Source: Planctomycetota bacterium (GTDB lineage Bacteria > Planctomycetota > Phycisphaerae > WQYP01). Taken from it: a stretch of DNA of 64,000 nt. Position 1 is the first letter of the stretch. Each line of letters starts with the position of its first letter. The DNA is taken from positions 25,488 to 89,487 of the forward strand of contig JAJYZF010000002.1 in assembly GCA_021800165.1 (NCBI GenBank). Reading direction: 5' to 3'. The translations under genes and the position numbers were made by a program. The notes below the pieces were generated by a model, which was given only the letters and a program-made list of their open reading frames with translations, ran no database searches and had not been told where the DNA came from. This document shows, piece after piece, positions 11,566 through 20,487 of the stretch.

Positions 11566-13257
11566 CTAATCTCCGCTGTCAGCAGGAGAGAAATTCCGGT
11601 ATTGGCCGGCATTTTCCTGGGCAATCATTTGCATCGTTGCCGCGGCTTTGTCGCCGCGTGGCATCAGGGTGTAGGTAAAAATATGAGCTTGCACTCGTTT
11701 GTTCAGGTGATGCACGTAGTTGGCCAATTGCGCGCTGCAGCCGGAGCCGGTGAGAAAGAAAATGGTTTGCGGATGCAGGTGAAGAGCGGCTTTGAACGGG
11801 CGGGTAAAGTGGGTCAGTTGGCGGCCGGGTGATGCCAATGGGGTCACGCCGCGGAGCAGCCGCAGGCACCGCTTCTTATTTTGGACGGTGGCCATAACCA
11901 GGCGGTGCGGGCCTACGAAGCGGTCATGGCGGCAAAAAACGATGACCGCAAATTGCTGGGTCGGGTTGAGTCGATTGATCGAAACGACGAGTTGGCGGCG
12001 CAGCAAGCCAAAACAGTGCTGCAGGCAGCCTTCATGATCCACAATATAGACAATTTTGCCCGCATGATCGGATGCTCCCCAGAATCGCACCACCGGGCCG
12101 CGCATATTGCGGGTGTCCGTTTTTAACCGGATTTTGGCGATCTGGAGAGCCTGAGTCTGCCGGATCAGGTCCTTTTTATCAGCCAGCTTTCGGTCCGATC
12201 GTATCTGGCTTTTAAGGTTGGTAATGGCTTGTTGGTCGGCCTTGATGATAATAGCGTAGGCGTTTATGGATGATGGGTCCAAGTTTTTCAAGGCGGCAGG
12301 GGCATCCTTCCAAGGCGTTTCGGTGGAGGATGCCGGGTCGGGCAGAATCATTTTTGGTGGAGCGCAAAAAATCCGGCCTACGGGGCTATGCAAGAGGTTG
12401 CCGATACGCCGGCTAACCCTGGCCAGATCCAGGAGGACCGCGGCACGTGCCGCCAAGAGTTTATTTTGCTGTATCTGGGCGGCAAAGAGTTGTTGACGCT
12501 CCGCGTTAACCGGGTTATTCCACGCATCGGAATTGGTTAGATGGACAAGGATGGCAATATGTTTCTGGTTGACGCGGCCCTGGGTGTTGATATCACGCAG
12601 TTTTTTCAGGTCCGTGCGATATCGTGTCAACAGAGTGTTTTCGAATTGGAGAAACCGGCGGGTTACCTTGTCTGTAGAGTGTTGTTTCGTGATGGAAACC
12701 CAAGTGGCTCCATAGCGGATCAGCCCCTTGGTGGCCATACGTTTTTGCAACTCGGCATCGGCGATGATGAATGCCGCGCGCAGGGTACGAAAGCGCAGGG
12801 ACCGGCTGGCCACCATCGCGTTGATTTGCGAGCAAACATTGTCGTAGACCTGGTGGCCGCCGGGATGAGCGGACAGCGCCTTTAGGTAATAGGTGCAAGC
12901 ATGCAAAGGATGATTTTGGGTTTCCGCCAGGACCGCCATGTTATTTAAGTCCGCAGGGTCGTACGGTGTGCGGGCCAGAGCCTTGAGCAAGTATTTTTTA
13001 GCGGCGGCCAGGCGCTGCTGTTGAAACGCCAGCACGGCCCGCAATCCCCAGCTTTCGCCCCAATATGGATCCAGCCGACAGGCTATACGAATTTTGGCGG
13101 CCGCGGCACCATCATGATGGGCGTGGAGCAACGCTATCGCCTGCGAATCAAGATCCTGGGCCTGGGCTTTGGGAGTTGCGCCCATTGCCACCCCCGTGGT
13201 ATACGTGGTCACCAGTACACCGGTAAGGAAACCCAAACATCGCAAGGCCCACCTCAT
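11566..13257 (-). CDS. exported TPR-repeat protein with coiled coil and C-terminal vWA-like domain
   Basis: Signal-peptide-like N-terminus; TPR-like helices (ACRLDP, ALARTPYDPADLNNMA, ALSAHP); vWA-like IVYIVD...QFAVIVF...TIFFLT...IAQENAGQY. Confidence 0.7.
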   Translation of the reverse strand: MRWALRCLGFLTGVLVTTYTTGVAMGATPKAQAQDLDSQAIALLHAHHDGAAAAKIRIACRLDPYWGESWGLRAVLAFQQQRLAAAKKYLLKALARTPYDPADLNNMAVLAETQNHPLHACTYYLKALSAHPGGHQVYDNVCSQINAMVASRSLRFRTLRAAFIIADAELQKRMATKGLIRYGATWVSITKQHSTDKVTRRFLQFENTLLTRYRTDLKKLRDINTQGRVNQKHIAILVHLTNSDAWNNPVNAERQQLFAAQIQQNKLLAARAAVLLDLARVSRRIGNLLHSPVGRIFCAPPKMILPDPASSTETPWKDAPAALKNLDPSSINAYAIIIKADQQAITNLKSQIRSDRKLADKKDLIRQTQALQIAKIRLKTDTRNMRGPVVRFWGASDHAGKIVYIVDHEGCLQHCFGLLRRQLVVSINRLNPTQQFAVIVFCRHDRFVGPHRLVMATVQNKKRCLRLLRGVTPLASPGRQLTHFTRPFKAALHLHPQTIFFLTGSGCSAQLANYVHHLNKRVQAHIFTYTLMPRGDKAAATMQMIAQENAGQYRNFSPADSGD

Positions 13258-13456
13258 TGTATTAGCTGCATATCCAAGACCAGCCTGCCCATCGAAGGTG
13301 GCACGTCGATCTGGAATGATGCGCGCATCCCCGCTGTTCATTGAAATGCCAGAATAGCGTATATTTGGCAGCCGGGTCAAGCGCGAGGGAAAGGGAAGTC
13401 TCGGCCCGGGGCCAGGGTTTGGAAGCGACGCGGCCCTGGGCTGTTGTGACTGGCCG

Positions 13457-13486
13457 TTGGAAAGTGAGCTACAAGTACACTATAGT
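13457..13486 (+). promoter_or_regulatory. candidate sigma70 promoter of the WXG100/FtsK operon
   Basis: TTGGAA-N18-TATAGT, followed by RBS AAGGAG (13495-13500) and ATG 13508. Confidence 0.4.
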
Positions 13487-13507
13487 GATATGGTAAGGAG
13501 TTGGCTT

Positions 13508-13780
13508 ATGGCAAAAGCAAATGTGGATCCGGTGGAACTCCGGCGCTTTGCGCAGGATTTAAATCGTTTCAATAATGACCTGCAAGGGTTGGTGGGCAGT
13601 TTGCAGGCGCGGTTGCGCGGTTTGGAAAGCGTATGGCAGGATCAGGAACAGCGCAAGTTTACCGAGGCTTTCGAGCAAACCTTGAAGACCATTGCTATTT
13701 TTCTGGAAGAATCGCACCAACATGCGCAGCTCCTGGCCAAAAAAGCCAATGTGATAGAGGAATATCTTAAACAGCGTTAA
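13508..13780 (+). CDS. WXG100/ESAT-6-like protein
   Basis: 90 aa, helical; N-terminal VDPVELRRFAQDL typical of WXG100; central W-Q-D followed by F..F; strong RBS. Confidence 0.88.
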   Translation: MAKANVDPVELRRFAQDLNRFNNDLQGLVGSLQARLRGLESVWQDQEQRKFTEAFEQTLKTIAIFLEESHQHAQLLAKKANVIEEYLKQR

Positions 13781-13808
13781 AGACACCGGATTGGCGCTGG
13801 GAGTGACT

Positions 13809-14831
13809 ATGGCTGAAGGCGCAAAAGTTCATGACATTGATGCGATCAAACGGTTTCGCGCGTACCTGGCCAAAGTCGGCGAGGTTGCGGGGTTGGCGCT
13901 GGGTGATGCGGAATCGGATATCAACCGCACCATGACCTGGCTGGAAACGGAACAAAGCACGTACTGGAGCGGGCAAATCCGCAAGCGTCAGGAAGTGCTC
14001 AAGCGGGCTCAGCAGGCCTTGCGCGACAAGCAGTTGTACAAAGATGCCAGCGGATCCCAGCCGTCGGTGGTGGAAGAACAAAAAGCGGTGCTCAAGGCTA
14101 AAAACAGCCTGCTGGAAGCGGAACAGAAATTGGCCAATACCAAAGCCTGGATTCGGCGATTGCCCAAGGAAATATCCCTGTATCGGGGTGGTGTACAGCC
14201 GCTGGGCAACACGGTGGCGGCGGGTATGCCCGCGGCTCTGGCCCATCTGACCAATGCGCTGGAGAGTCTGGATCGCTACGTTGCTTCGCCGGTGGAGGCG
14301 CAGTCGGCGGCACCGGCGGTGATCGGTTTGGAAAGCGCCGGTACCGGCGGTGGGCCGGACATGGCGCGGTCCCCCACCCCAGCGGATGAGGGCAAAACAG
14401 AAAATGAAGCGGCTGTGCTGCGGAGGGCTATTCCAACCGGCGATATTCTCTCGCAGGCCGTACCGGTCGAGCCGGGCCATAACGTGGTGTTGTCCCTGCC
14501 GGTGTTCAGCGGTGTGGAACGAGCACGTATGGTCACGGTGGGCTTATCACTGGAACTCCAACCTGATGAGCCGGTGACGATAGCTGAAAATGACACGCCC
14601 GGGGGGCAATGGTTGTTGACCCGTCTAAGTCAGGGCGGAGTTTATATAGGGCCGGTGGATGGCCCCGCGCCGATAAGATACCGGATGGTTCCCCTGGGAC
14701 GGTTGTTGGCCATGCGTTCTGATCTGGCGGAAGCGATGGCGCTGGGCGCGGGTTTTATGCTGCTGGTTGGGCCGCAGGGGTTGCTGCGAATTTTCAATCA
14801 GCGCGATGTCCGGCTGTGGTCGCGTGCTTAG
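13809..14831 (+). CDS. WXG100-like helical protein with linker and C-terminal extension
   Basis: N-terminal AKVHDIDAIKRFRAYL, YWSG motif, coiled coil to about aa 160, A/P/G-rich linker, then an alpha/beta C-terminal region. Confidence 0.75.
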   Translation: MAEGAKVHDIDAIKRFRAYLAKVGEVAGLALGDAESDINRTMTWLETEQSTYWSGQIRKRQEVLKRAQQALRDKQLYKDASGSQPSVVEEQKAVLKAKNSLLEAEQKLANTKAWIRRLPKEISLYRGGVQPLGNTVAAGMPAALAHLTNALESLDRYVASPVEAQSAAPAVIGLESAGTGGGPDMARSPTPADEGKTENEAAVLRRAIPTGDILSQAVPVEPGHNVVLSLPVFSGVERARMVTVGLSLELQPDEPVTIAENDTPGGQWLLTRLSQGGVYIGPVDGPAPIRYRMVPLGRLLAMRSDLAEAMALGAGFMLLVGPQGLLRIFNQRDVRLWSRA

Positions 14832-14888
14832 AAGTGGATCGATCCTGGCGGGTGCGGCCATGGCGGTGAATGATCAAAGGTGGTGCCC

Positions 14889-15101
14889 ATGAGTATGCAT
14901 GAGAGCCGTTCGAATATAAGTAAGCTGGTGCGGGAGGTGGAGAACCGTTGGAGTGAGCTGGAGATGGTGTGGAACGATGCCAACAGCCATGCCTTTGAGG
15001 AGCGTTTTATCCGGCCGCTGGTAGAGGATTCGCGTGCAGCCGTTGGCGCGATGGATTATATGAACCGGATTTTGGCTGATATCAAGCGTGATTGCGGATA
15101 A
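14889..15101 (+). CDS. small WXG100-like protein
   Basis: 70 aa, amphipathic helices, central W-N-D then AFEERF, resembling the W-Q-D...KFTEAF of the first gene; RBS AAAGGTGG. Confidence 0.75.
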   Translation: MSMHESRSNISKLVREVENRWSELEMVWNDANSHAFEERFIRPLVEDSRAAVGAMDYMNRILADIKRDCG

Positions 15102-15108
15102 GAGGACG

Positions 15109-18100
15109 ATGACTGAAGAAACCGATGCTAGCCCCGTGGCGGCTGGAGAAGCAGATGCGGCTGAAGGTGTTAACCCTGGAAGTATGGCACCTGTCGCGGA
15201 ATCCGCGGTGGATTTACCGCGCAAAGTCTTGCGCGATCTGATGGAGTTGGCTGCGGAATGTGCCGCCCGCGAGGCCGCGCTGGAACGCGAGTACAATGCG
15301 GCCACCGCGGAAGTAGACGCGCGCGAAAAGCGCACGCTTGCCAATCTGGAAGGGAGTCGGCGGCATGCCCAAGAACAGCTCTTAAAAAAGTTTCAGGAGC
15401 AGCAGGACCAAGCTCAGGCCAAGCGGATGCAGCAAACCGAAGAGGTCAGGGCGGCGGATGCCGCGGCACAAAAACAAGCTCGACAGACCTGTGACGCGAT
15501 CCAGGCGCAGCTCAAGAAAAACTACGAGCAGGTAGTCTGGGAAGCGGATATTCAACTGGAAGCCGAGCAAAACCGGTTGCGTGCGGAGCTGGCACAGATG
15601 CGCCAAACCAATGCCGCCACTCTGAAGGCCAAACACGATCAGCTCTTTGCTCTACTGGCTCGATATGGGCACGTTCCGGATGCGGAAGCCGCGTTGGCGG
15701 GCGATCCATCCGATCGGCCGACCATTCCGACGGATACGGCGGAGATTCAGGCGCAATTCGGCCGTCATGTGGCGGACATTGATCAGGCTCTGAAGATGTT
15801 GGAACAAACTGATTCGGCTAAGTTCTTTGTGGGGGTGTGGCCATACCTGCTATTTGCGGTGGTGGTGCTGTTGGCCGTGGGGATACCGCAATTGTTGCCG
15901 GGAGTGATCTGGCCGGATTTAAATCTGATGGGTGTGACCGGTACGGGGGCCGTGGTGTTGATGGCGTTGCTGCTGTTGTTGCTGCGCTGGCGGGCCCGTC
16001 GGGCGGTTCGGCGGGCATACCGTCCGGGGCATTATGCTTTGTTTTACGCCGACCTGGAAGCCCGAGCGGTGTTGGAGGCGGCCCAAAAGACGCATGATGC
16101 CGACTTGGCCAAGGCCCGGCATCGCCACAAGACGGAAGTGCACAGCGAAAAGGCCAAGGCTGAAGTTATTCTGGAAAAGGCCAAGGCCGCCCGCGATGCC
16201 GCCTTGGCAGCCAGCGCAGCTTCCTGCCAGACCAACTTGTTGCGGGTGGAGGAAGATTATGGCATAGCGGAACGCGAAATACGACGATGGCGCGATGAAC
16301 GTGAGACCCAGACGCAACAAAAGTATCAACAGGAGCTGGAAAACATTCGACAGGGCATAGCGGCGGACCGGTTACGTATCAAAACCCACCGCGAGTCCCA
16401 ACGGGCCGAGTTGGAGCAAAAGTGGACGCAGGGTCTATCCAGATTGCAAACCCCAGTGGAAACGGAAGCGGGCGGGCCGGCTGTGGCCACCGGTCAATGG
16501 GACCATTGGGTGCCACCACGCACCTTCGCGCAGACCGTGCGGTTTGGTGAATTGGCCGTGGATGTGCAGGCGATTGTGCGCCAGGCCGCCAAAGACGGGC
16601 CATTTACGCTGGAGATTCCCAGCCGCTTTGCGATGCCGGCGCTGCTGGCGTTTCCGCGGCACGCTTCATTGTTGATGCACGCGGACCGTGCCGGCCGCCC
16701 GGCGGCGCTGGCGGCATTGCAGGCCGTCATGACGCGGCTGCTTACCACCTTGCCGCCGGGGCGGGCCAGGTTCACACTGGTTGATCCGGTGGGTCTGGGG
16801 CAGAATTTCGCGGGCTTCATGCACCTGACGGATTATGACGAAGCGTTGGTGGGGGGCCGTATCTGGACGCAGGCAGAACAAATTGATCAACGACTGGCGG
16901 ATTTGACGGACCACATGGAAACCGTAATCCAGAAATACCTCCGCAATGAGTTTGAAACCATTGATGATTACAACATTCAGGCGGGTGAACTGGCCGAACC
17001 TTACCGTTTTCTGGTGATTGCGGATCTGCCGGTCGGTTTTTCCGACGAATCGCTGCGGCGGCTCAGCAGCATTGCCACCACCGGCGCGCGGTGCGGAGTT
17101 TACACCCTGGTTTTCCGCGATACGCGGGTGGCCGTGCCGGCGGGCACCCATTTGGAAGATTTGGAGTCGCACAGCATCAACCTGGTTTATCAGGATGATC
17201 GGTTCGTCTGGCGGGATGAGGTGTTCAGTCGGTTTCCGCTGACGCTGGATGCCGCACCCGAGGAAAACGATTTGACCACCATTTTGCATCTGGTGGGCAA
17301 GCAGGCGCGGGAATCCAAGCGGGTGGAGGTTTCGTTTGCGGCCATTGCTCCGGATCCGGATTCGTTTTGGACACGCCACAGCGATGCTGACCTGCATGCG
17401 GCAGTGGGGCGGTGCGGAGCCACGCGGCTGCAAACGTTCCGTCTGGGCAAGGGTGTGGCGCAGCACGCTCTGGTGACCGGTAAAACCGGTTCCGGCAAGT
17501 CCACGCTCATGCACGTGTTGGTGACGAATCTGGCGATGTGGTATTCGCCGCAGGAACTGGAACTCTATCTCATCGATTTTAAAAAGGGCGTGGAGTTCAA
17601 AACCTATGCCACCCATCGCCTGCCCCATGCCCGGGCCATAGCGGTGGAAAGTGATCGAGAATTTGGCCTAAGCGTCTTGCAGCGTATTGATGCGGAACTG
17701 GGCCGGAGGGGGGATCTATTCCGGGCGGTTGGCGCGCAGGATCTGGCGGGGTATCGGCAGGCGTCCAAACAACCGTTGGCACGGACGCTGCTGGTGATTG
17801 ATGAATTTCAGGAATTTTTCAGTGAAGATGACAAACTGGGGCAGGATGCGGCCCTGCTGTTGGATCGGCTGGTGCGGCAGGGGCGGGCGTTTGGGATTCA
17901 TGTCTTGTTGGGTTCGCAGACGATTGCCGGATCTTCCGGCTTGTCGCGCAGCACCATCGGCCAGGTTGCGGTACGCATTGCGCTGCAGACCACCGAGGCG
18001 GATTCGCAAGTGGTGCTGGCGGACGGCAATTCGGCGGCCCGGCTGCTCTCCCGTCCGGGCGAGGCTATTTACAACGATGCCGGCGGATTGGTGGAAGGCA

Positions 18101-19077
18101 ACAGCCCGTTTCAGGTGGCATGGCTGGCTGATGAACAGCGGGATCGATATCTGGAAGCGGTACGGGAAAAGGCCGACCTTCTGGATGTGCGCACGGAACC
18201 CACCATTATTTTTGAAGGTAACACGGCGGCGGATATCCGCAAGAACCGGCAGTTGTTGACGCTGCTGGAAACCCCGCGTGTGGCGGTTAATCCCAGGGTG
18301 TGGTTGGGCGAGCCGGTGGCTATTAAGGAACCCACCAGCATCGTATTTCGGCGGCAAAGCGGCGGCAATGTGATGCTGATCGGCCAATCCGAAGAGCAGG
18401 CTTTGGCGATCATGTCGGCGGCGATGTTGGCCCTGGCGGCGCAGCAGCCTCCGGATACCAGTCTGTACATTTTCGACGGTAGCGCAACGGATTCACCATC
18501 CTATGGGGTATTGCCGGCTACCGCCGCAGTCACAAAACTGGTCTATAAGAATGTCGAATATCGCGCCGTGCCGGAAGTCATCAAGCAACTGGCGAAGGAA
18601 TTACAGCAGCGGCAGGGTGGAACGGTGACCGCGCCGCCGGCAATTTTTATCTTTGTACTGGGTCTGCAGCGCTACCGGCCGCTGCGAAAATCGGAAGATG
18701 CTTTCGGGTTTTCCAGTGGCGGCGGTGATGACAAAGAGGCTGATCCGAGCAAACAGTTCGCCGATCTGCTGCGCGAAGGCCCGGCGTGGGGTATCCATCT
18801 GATCATCTGGACCGATACCGTGGTATCCGTCGACCGCGCTTTAGACCGCAATTCCATGCGTGAATTTGATACGCGGGTACTCTTTCAGATGAGTGCATCG
18901 GACAGCAGCAACCTCATTGATTCCCCGGCGGCCAACCGCCTTGGCCCGTGCCGGGCTTTGGCCTATAGCGAAGAACAGGGCACGCTGGAAAAGTTCCGCA
19001 CTTACGCGGTGCCGGACGTAGAGTTTCTGCAGGAAGCCCAACGGAAATTAACCGCCAAACCGGTTAGTCCCGGCTAA
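15109..19077 (+). CDS. EccC/EssC-like FtsK/SpoIIIE ATPase with two TM helices and coiled coils
   Basis: Two TM segments flanked by coiled coils; one intact ATPase domain (HALVTGKTGSGKST, LIDFKKG, LLVIDEFQ, RQGRAFGIH); degenerate RecA-like domains before and after it. Confidence 0.93.
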   Translation: MTEETDASPVAAGEADAAEGVNPGSMAPVAESAVDLPRKVLRDLMELAAECAAREAALEREYNAATAEVDAREKRTLANLEGSRRHAQEQLLKKFQEQQDQAQAKRMQQTEEVRAADAAAQKQARQTCDAIQAQLKKNYEQVVWEADIQLEAEQNRLRAELAQMRQTNAATLKAKHDQLFALLARYGHVPDAEAALAGDPSDRPTIPTDTAEIQAQFGRHVADIDQALKMLEQTDSAKFFVGVWPYLLFAVVVLLAVGIPQLLPGVIWPDLNLMGVTGTGAVVLMALLLLLLRWRARRAVRRAYRPGHYALFYADLEARAVLEAAQKTHDADLAKARHRHKTEVHSEKAKAEVILEKAKAARDAALAASAASCQTNLLRVEEDYGIAEREIRRWRDERETQTQQKYQQELENIRQGIAADRLRIKTHRESQRAELEQKWTQGLSRLQTPVETEAGGPAVATGQWDHWVPPRTFAQTVRFGELAVDVQAIVRQAAKDGPFTLEIPSRFAMPALLAFPRHASLLMHADRAGRPAALAALQAVMTRLLTTLPPGRARFTLVDPVGLGQNFAGFMHLTDYDEALVGGRIWTQAEQIDQRLADLTDHMETVIQKYLRNEFETIDDYNIQAGELAEPYRFLVIADLPVGFSDESLRRLSSIATTGARCGVYTLVFRDTRVAVPAGTHLEDLESHSINLVYQDDRFVWRDEVFSRFPLTLDAAPEENDLTTILHLVGKQARESKRVEVSFAAIAPDPDSFWTRHSDADLHAAVGRCGATRLQTFRLGKGVAQHALVTGKTGSGKSTLMHVLVTNLAMWYSPQELELYLIDFKKGVEFKTYATHRLPHARAIAVESDREFGLSVLQRIDAELGRRGDLFRAVGAQDLAGYRQASKQPLARTLLVIDEFQEFFSEDDKLGQDAALLLDRLVRQGRAFGIHVLLGSQTIAGSSGLSRSTIGQVAVRIALQTTEADSQVVLADGNSAARLLSRPGEAIYNDAGGLVEGNSPFQVAWLADEQRDRYLEAVREKADLLDVRTEPTIIFEGNTAADIRKNRQLLTLLETPRVAVNPRVWLGEPVAIKEPTSIVFRRQSGGNVMLIGQSEEQALAIMSAAMLALAAQQPPDTSLYIFDGSATDSPSYGVLPATAAVTKLVYKNVEYRAVPEVIKQLAKELQQRQGGTVTAPPAIFIFVLGLQRYRPLRKSEDAFGFSSGGGDDKEADPSKQFADLLREGPAWGIHLIIWTDTVVSVDRALDRNSMREFDTRVLFQMSASDSSNLIDSPAANRLGPCRALAYSEEQGTLEKFRTYAVPDVEFLQEAQRKLTAKPVSPG

Positions 19078-19265
19078 ATTGTACGTAATATGGATTTCCC
19101 TGCGGATGGGGGAGTAGGCAGTTTCCGGATCAACGGCGCATCTGTGGTGCGGCCAGGAAAATTGTAATATTGCCATTCTTTCCCGCCAGACGCTGGCTGC
19201 TGTTCAACAGGGCTGGCGGTGGTACCATCATGAGGGAAACTCGGAATCCGGCTCGGGGGTTTTAT

Positions 19266-20261
19266 ATGGCTGTCCGCTGCGACGTGTGCGGTGATCTCAT
19301 CGACGATGCCGCTTCAGCGCGACTGATCGGCGGCCGGGCAATCTGCGGGCCATGCCATGCCAAACTCCAGCACCCGTTAGCAGATGCCCCAGGGCCGACG
19401 GGTGAAACACCGAGTCTGCGTAAGCCATGGCGAGAAAAAATTGCCGATATCGCGTGGGTTGCGTTGGTGGCGGCGGCGATTGTGCTGCTGGCCGGGACTT
19501 TGCTGTGGATGCTACCGCCTGTGCGCATTGTGGTGGGGGTGGGTGCTATGCTGCTTTTTCATAGCTTTGGCGTTGTTATAGTGGCCATGGTCGTGCTGCT
19601 TGTTGTGCTTATTATTCGACGGATGCGTGCCCGGCCGGCGGTGGACGGCATAGCGCGGGTGCGTGAGGCGGGGCCAGCCCCGCAGCCAACAAATCCACAG
19701 CGGGTAAAGGCGTCTGTTCGAACAATGTTGGGAATAGTCGCCACTGCGTTGACGCTGGCCGGTGTCGTGGCACTGATTGGGTGGATACTGGCTTTGCCAA
19801 TCCTCTTGCTCTTGACGTTGCTGGCGGATTCCACGCCTGACCGGACCCCCATTTTTCTCATACCGTTAGAGGCAATTGCGGCGCTGCTGGTTGCACGCCT
19901 GCTGGCGTACGTCGGCCAGTTAGGGGTACCCAAGAGACAATTCGCGTGGAGCTTGCCCGAGCTGGCACTGCGCTCGGTAGGCCGCATACTTATGTTGGTC
20001 GTGAATTCGGCGATTTCGGTGTTTTTCATTTTGTGCCTCTTGACGGTGGCCGGGCCGAGCAACTGGTGGGCTTTTATTTTCGGGTTGGGCGTGGCGGCGG
20101 GGATTGGGGTCTGGTTTCTGCGGCGAAGGCCAGGCGCGAAGCCGGGCTTTAACCTGAGAAGTATCGGGTCCTACTTTTTACGGACTTTTCTGTTCTGGTG
20201 TGCGGTGTGGTTGGCGATTGGCCTAGCCAATCATGTGTGGCCCGACTGGCAACGATGGTGA
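19266..20261 (+). CDS. multi-pass membrane protein with N-terminal CxxC...CxxC zinc-ribbon
   Basis: CDVC and CGPC near the N-terminus, followed by about 7 hydrophobic helices. Confidence 0.7.
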   Translation: MAVRCDVCGDLIDDAASARLIGGRAICGPCHAKLQHPLADAPGPTGETPSLRKPWREKIADIAWVALVAAAIVLLAGTLLWMLPPVRIVVGVGAMLLFHSFGVVIVAMVVLLVVLIIRRMRARPAVDGIARVREAGPAPQPTNPQRVKASVRTMLGIVATALTLAGVVALIGWILALPILLLLTLLADSTPDRTPIFLIPLEAIAALLVARLLAYVGQLGVPKRQFAWSLPELALRSVGRILMLVVNSAISVFFILCLLTVAGPSNWWAFIFGLGVAAGIGVWFLRRRPGAKPGFNLRSIGSYFLRTFLFWCAVWLAIGLANHVWPDWQRW

Positions 20262-20487
20262 AGAGTGGGACATTGGCCACGAGGCGGAGCTGAGTTGGTC
20301 GTGGCCAGGGCGTGAATAGTTCAGACGCAGTTGCCTTGGCGTTTTACCAGGGGCTGGGCTGGGGCAAGAATGTGGAGGCTAACTTTTTGTGTGCCCAGGG
20401 AATCACAGGTGCGGGTGGGGGTGCCACTTCCACTCAATTGTTTTTCATGCCGCCACCATTGCAAGCGTGCGCTTTGGCCCGGCCAGA

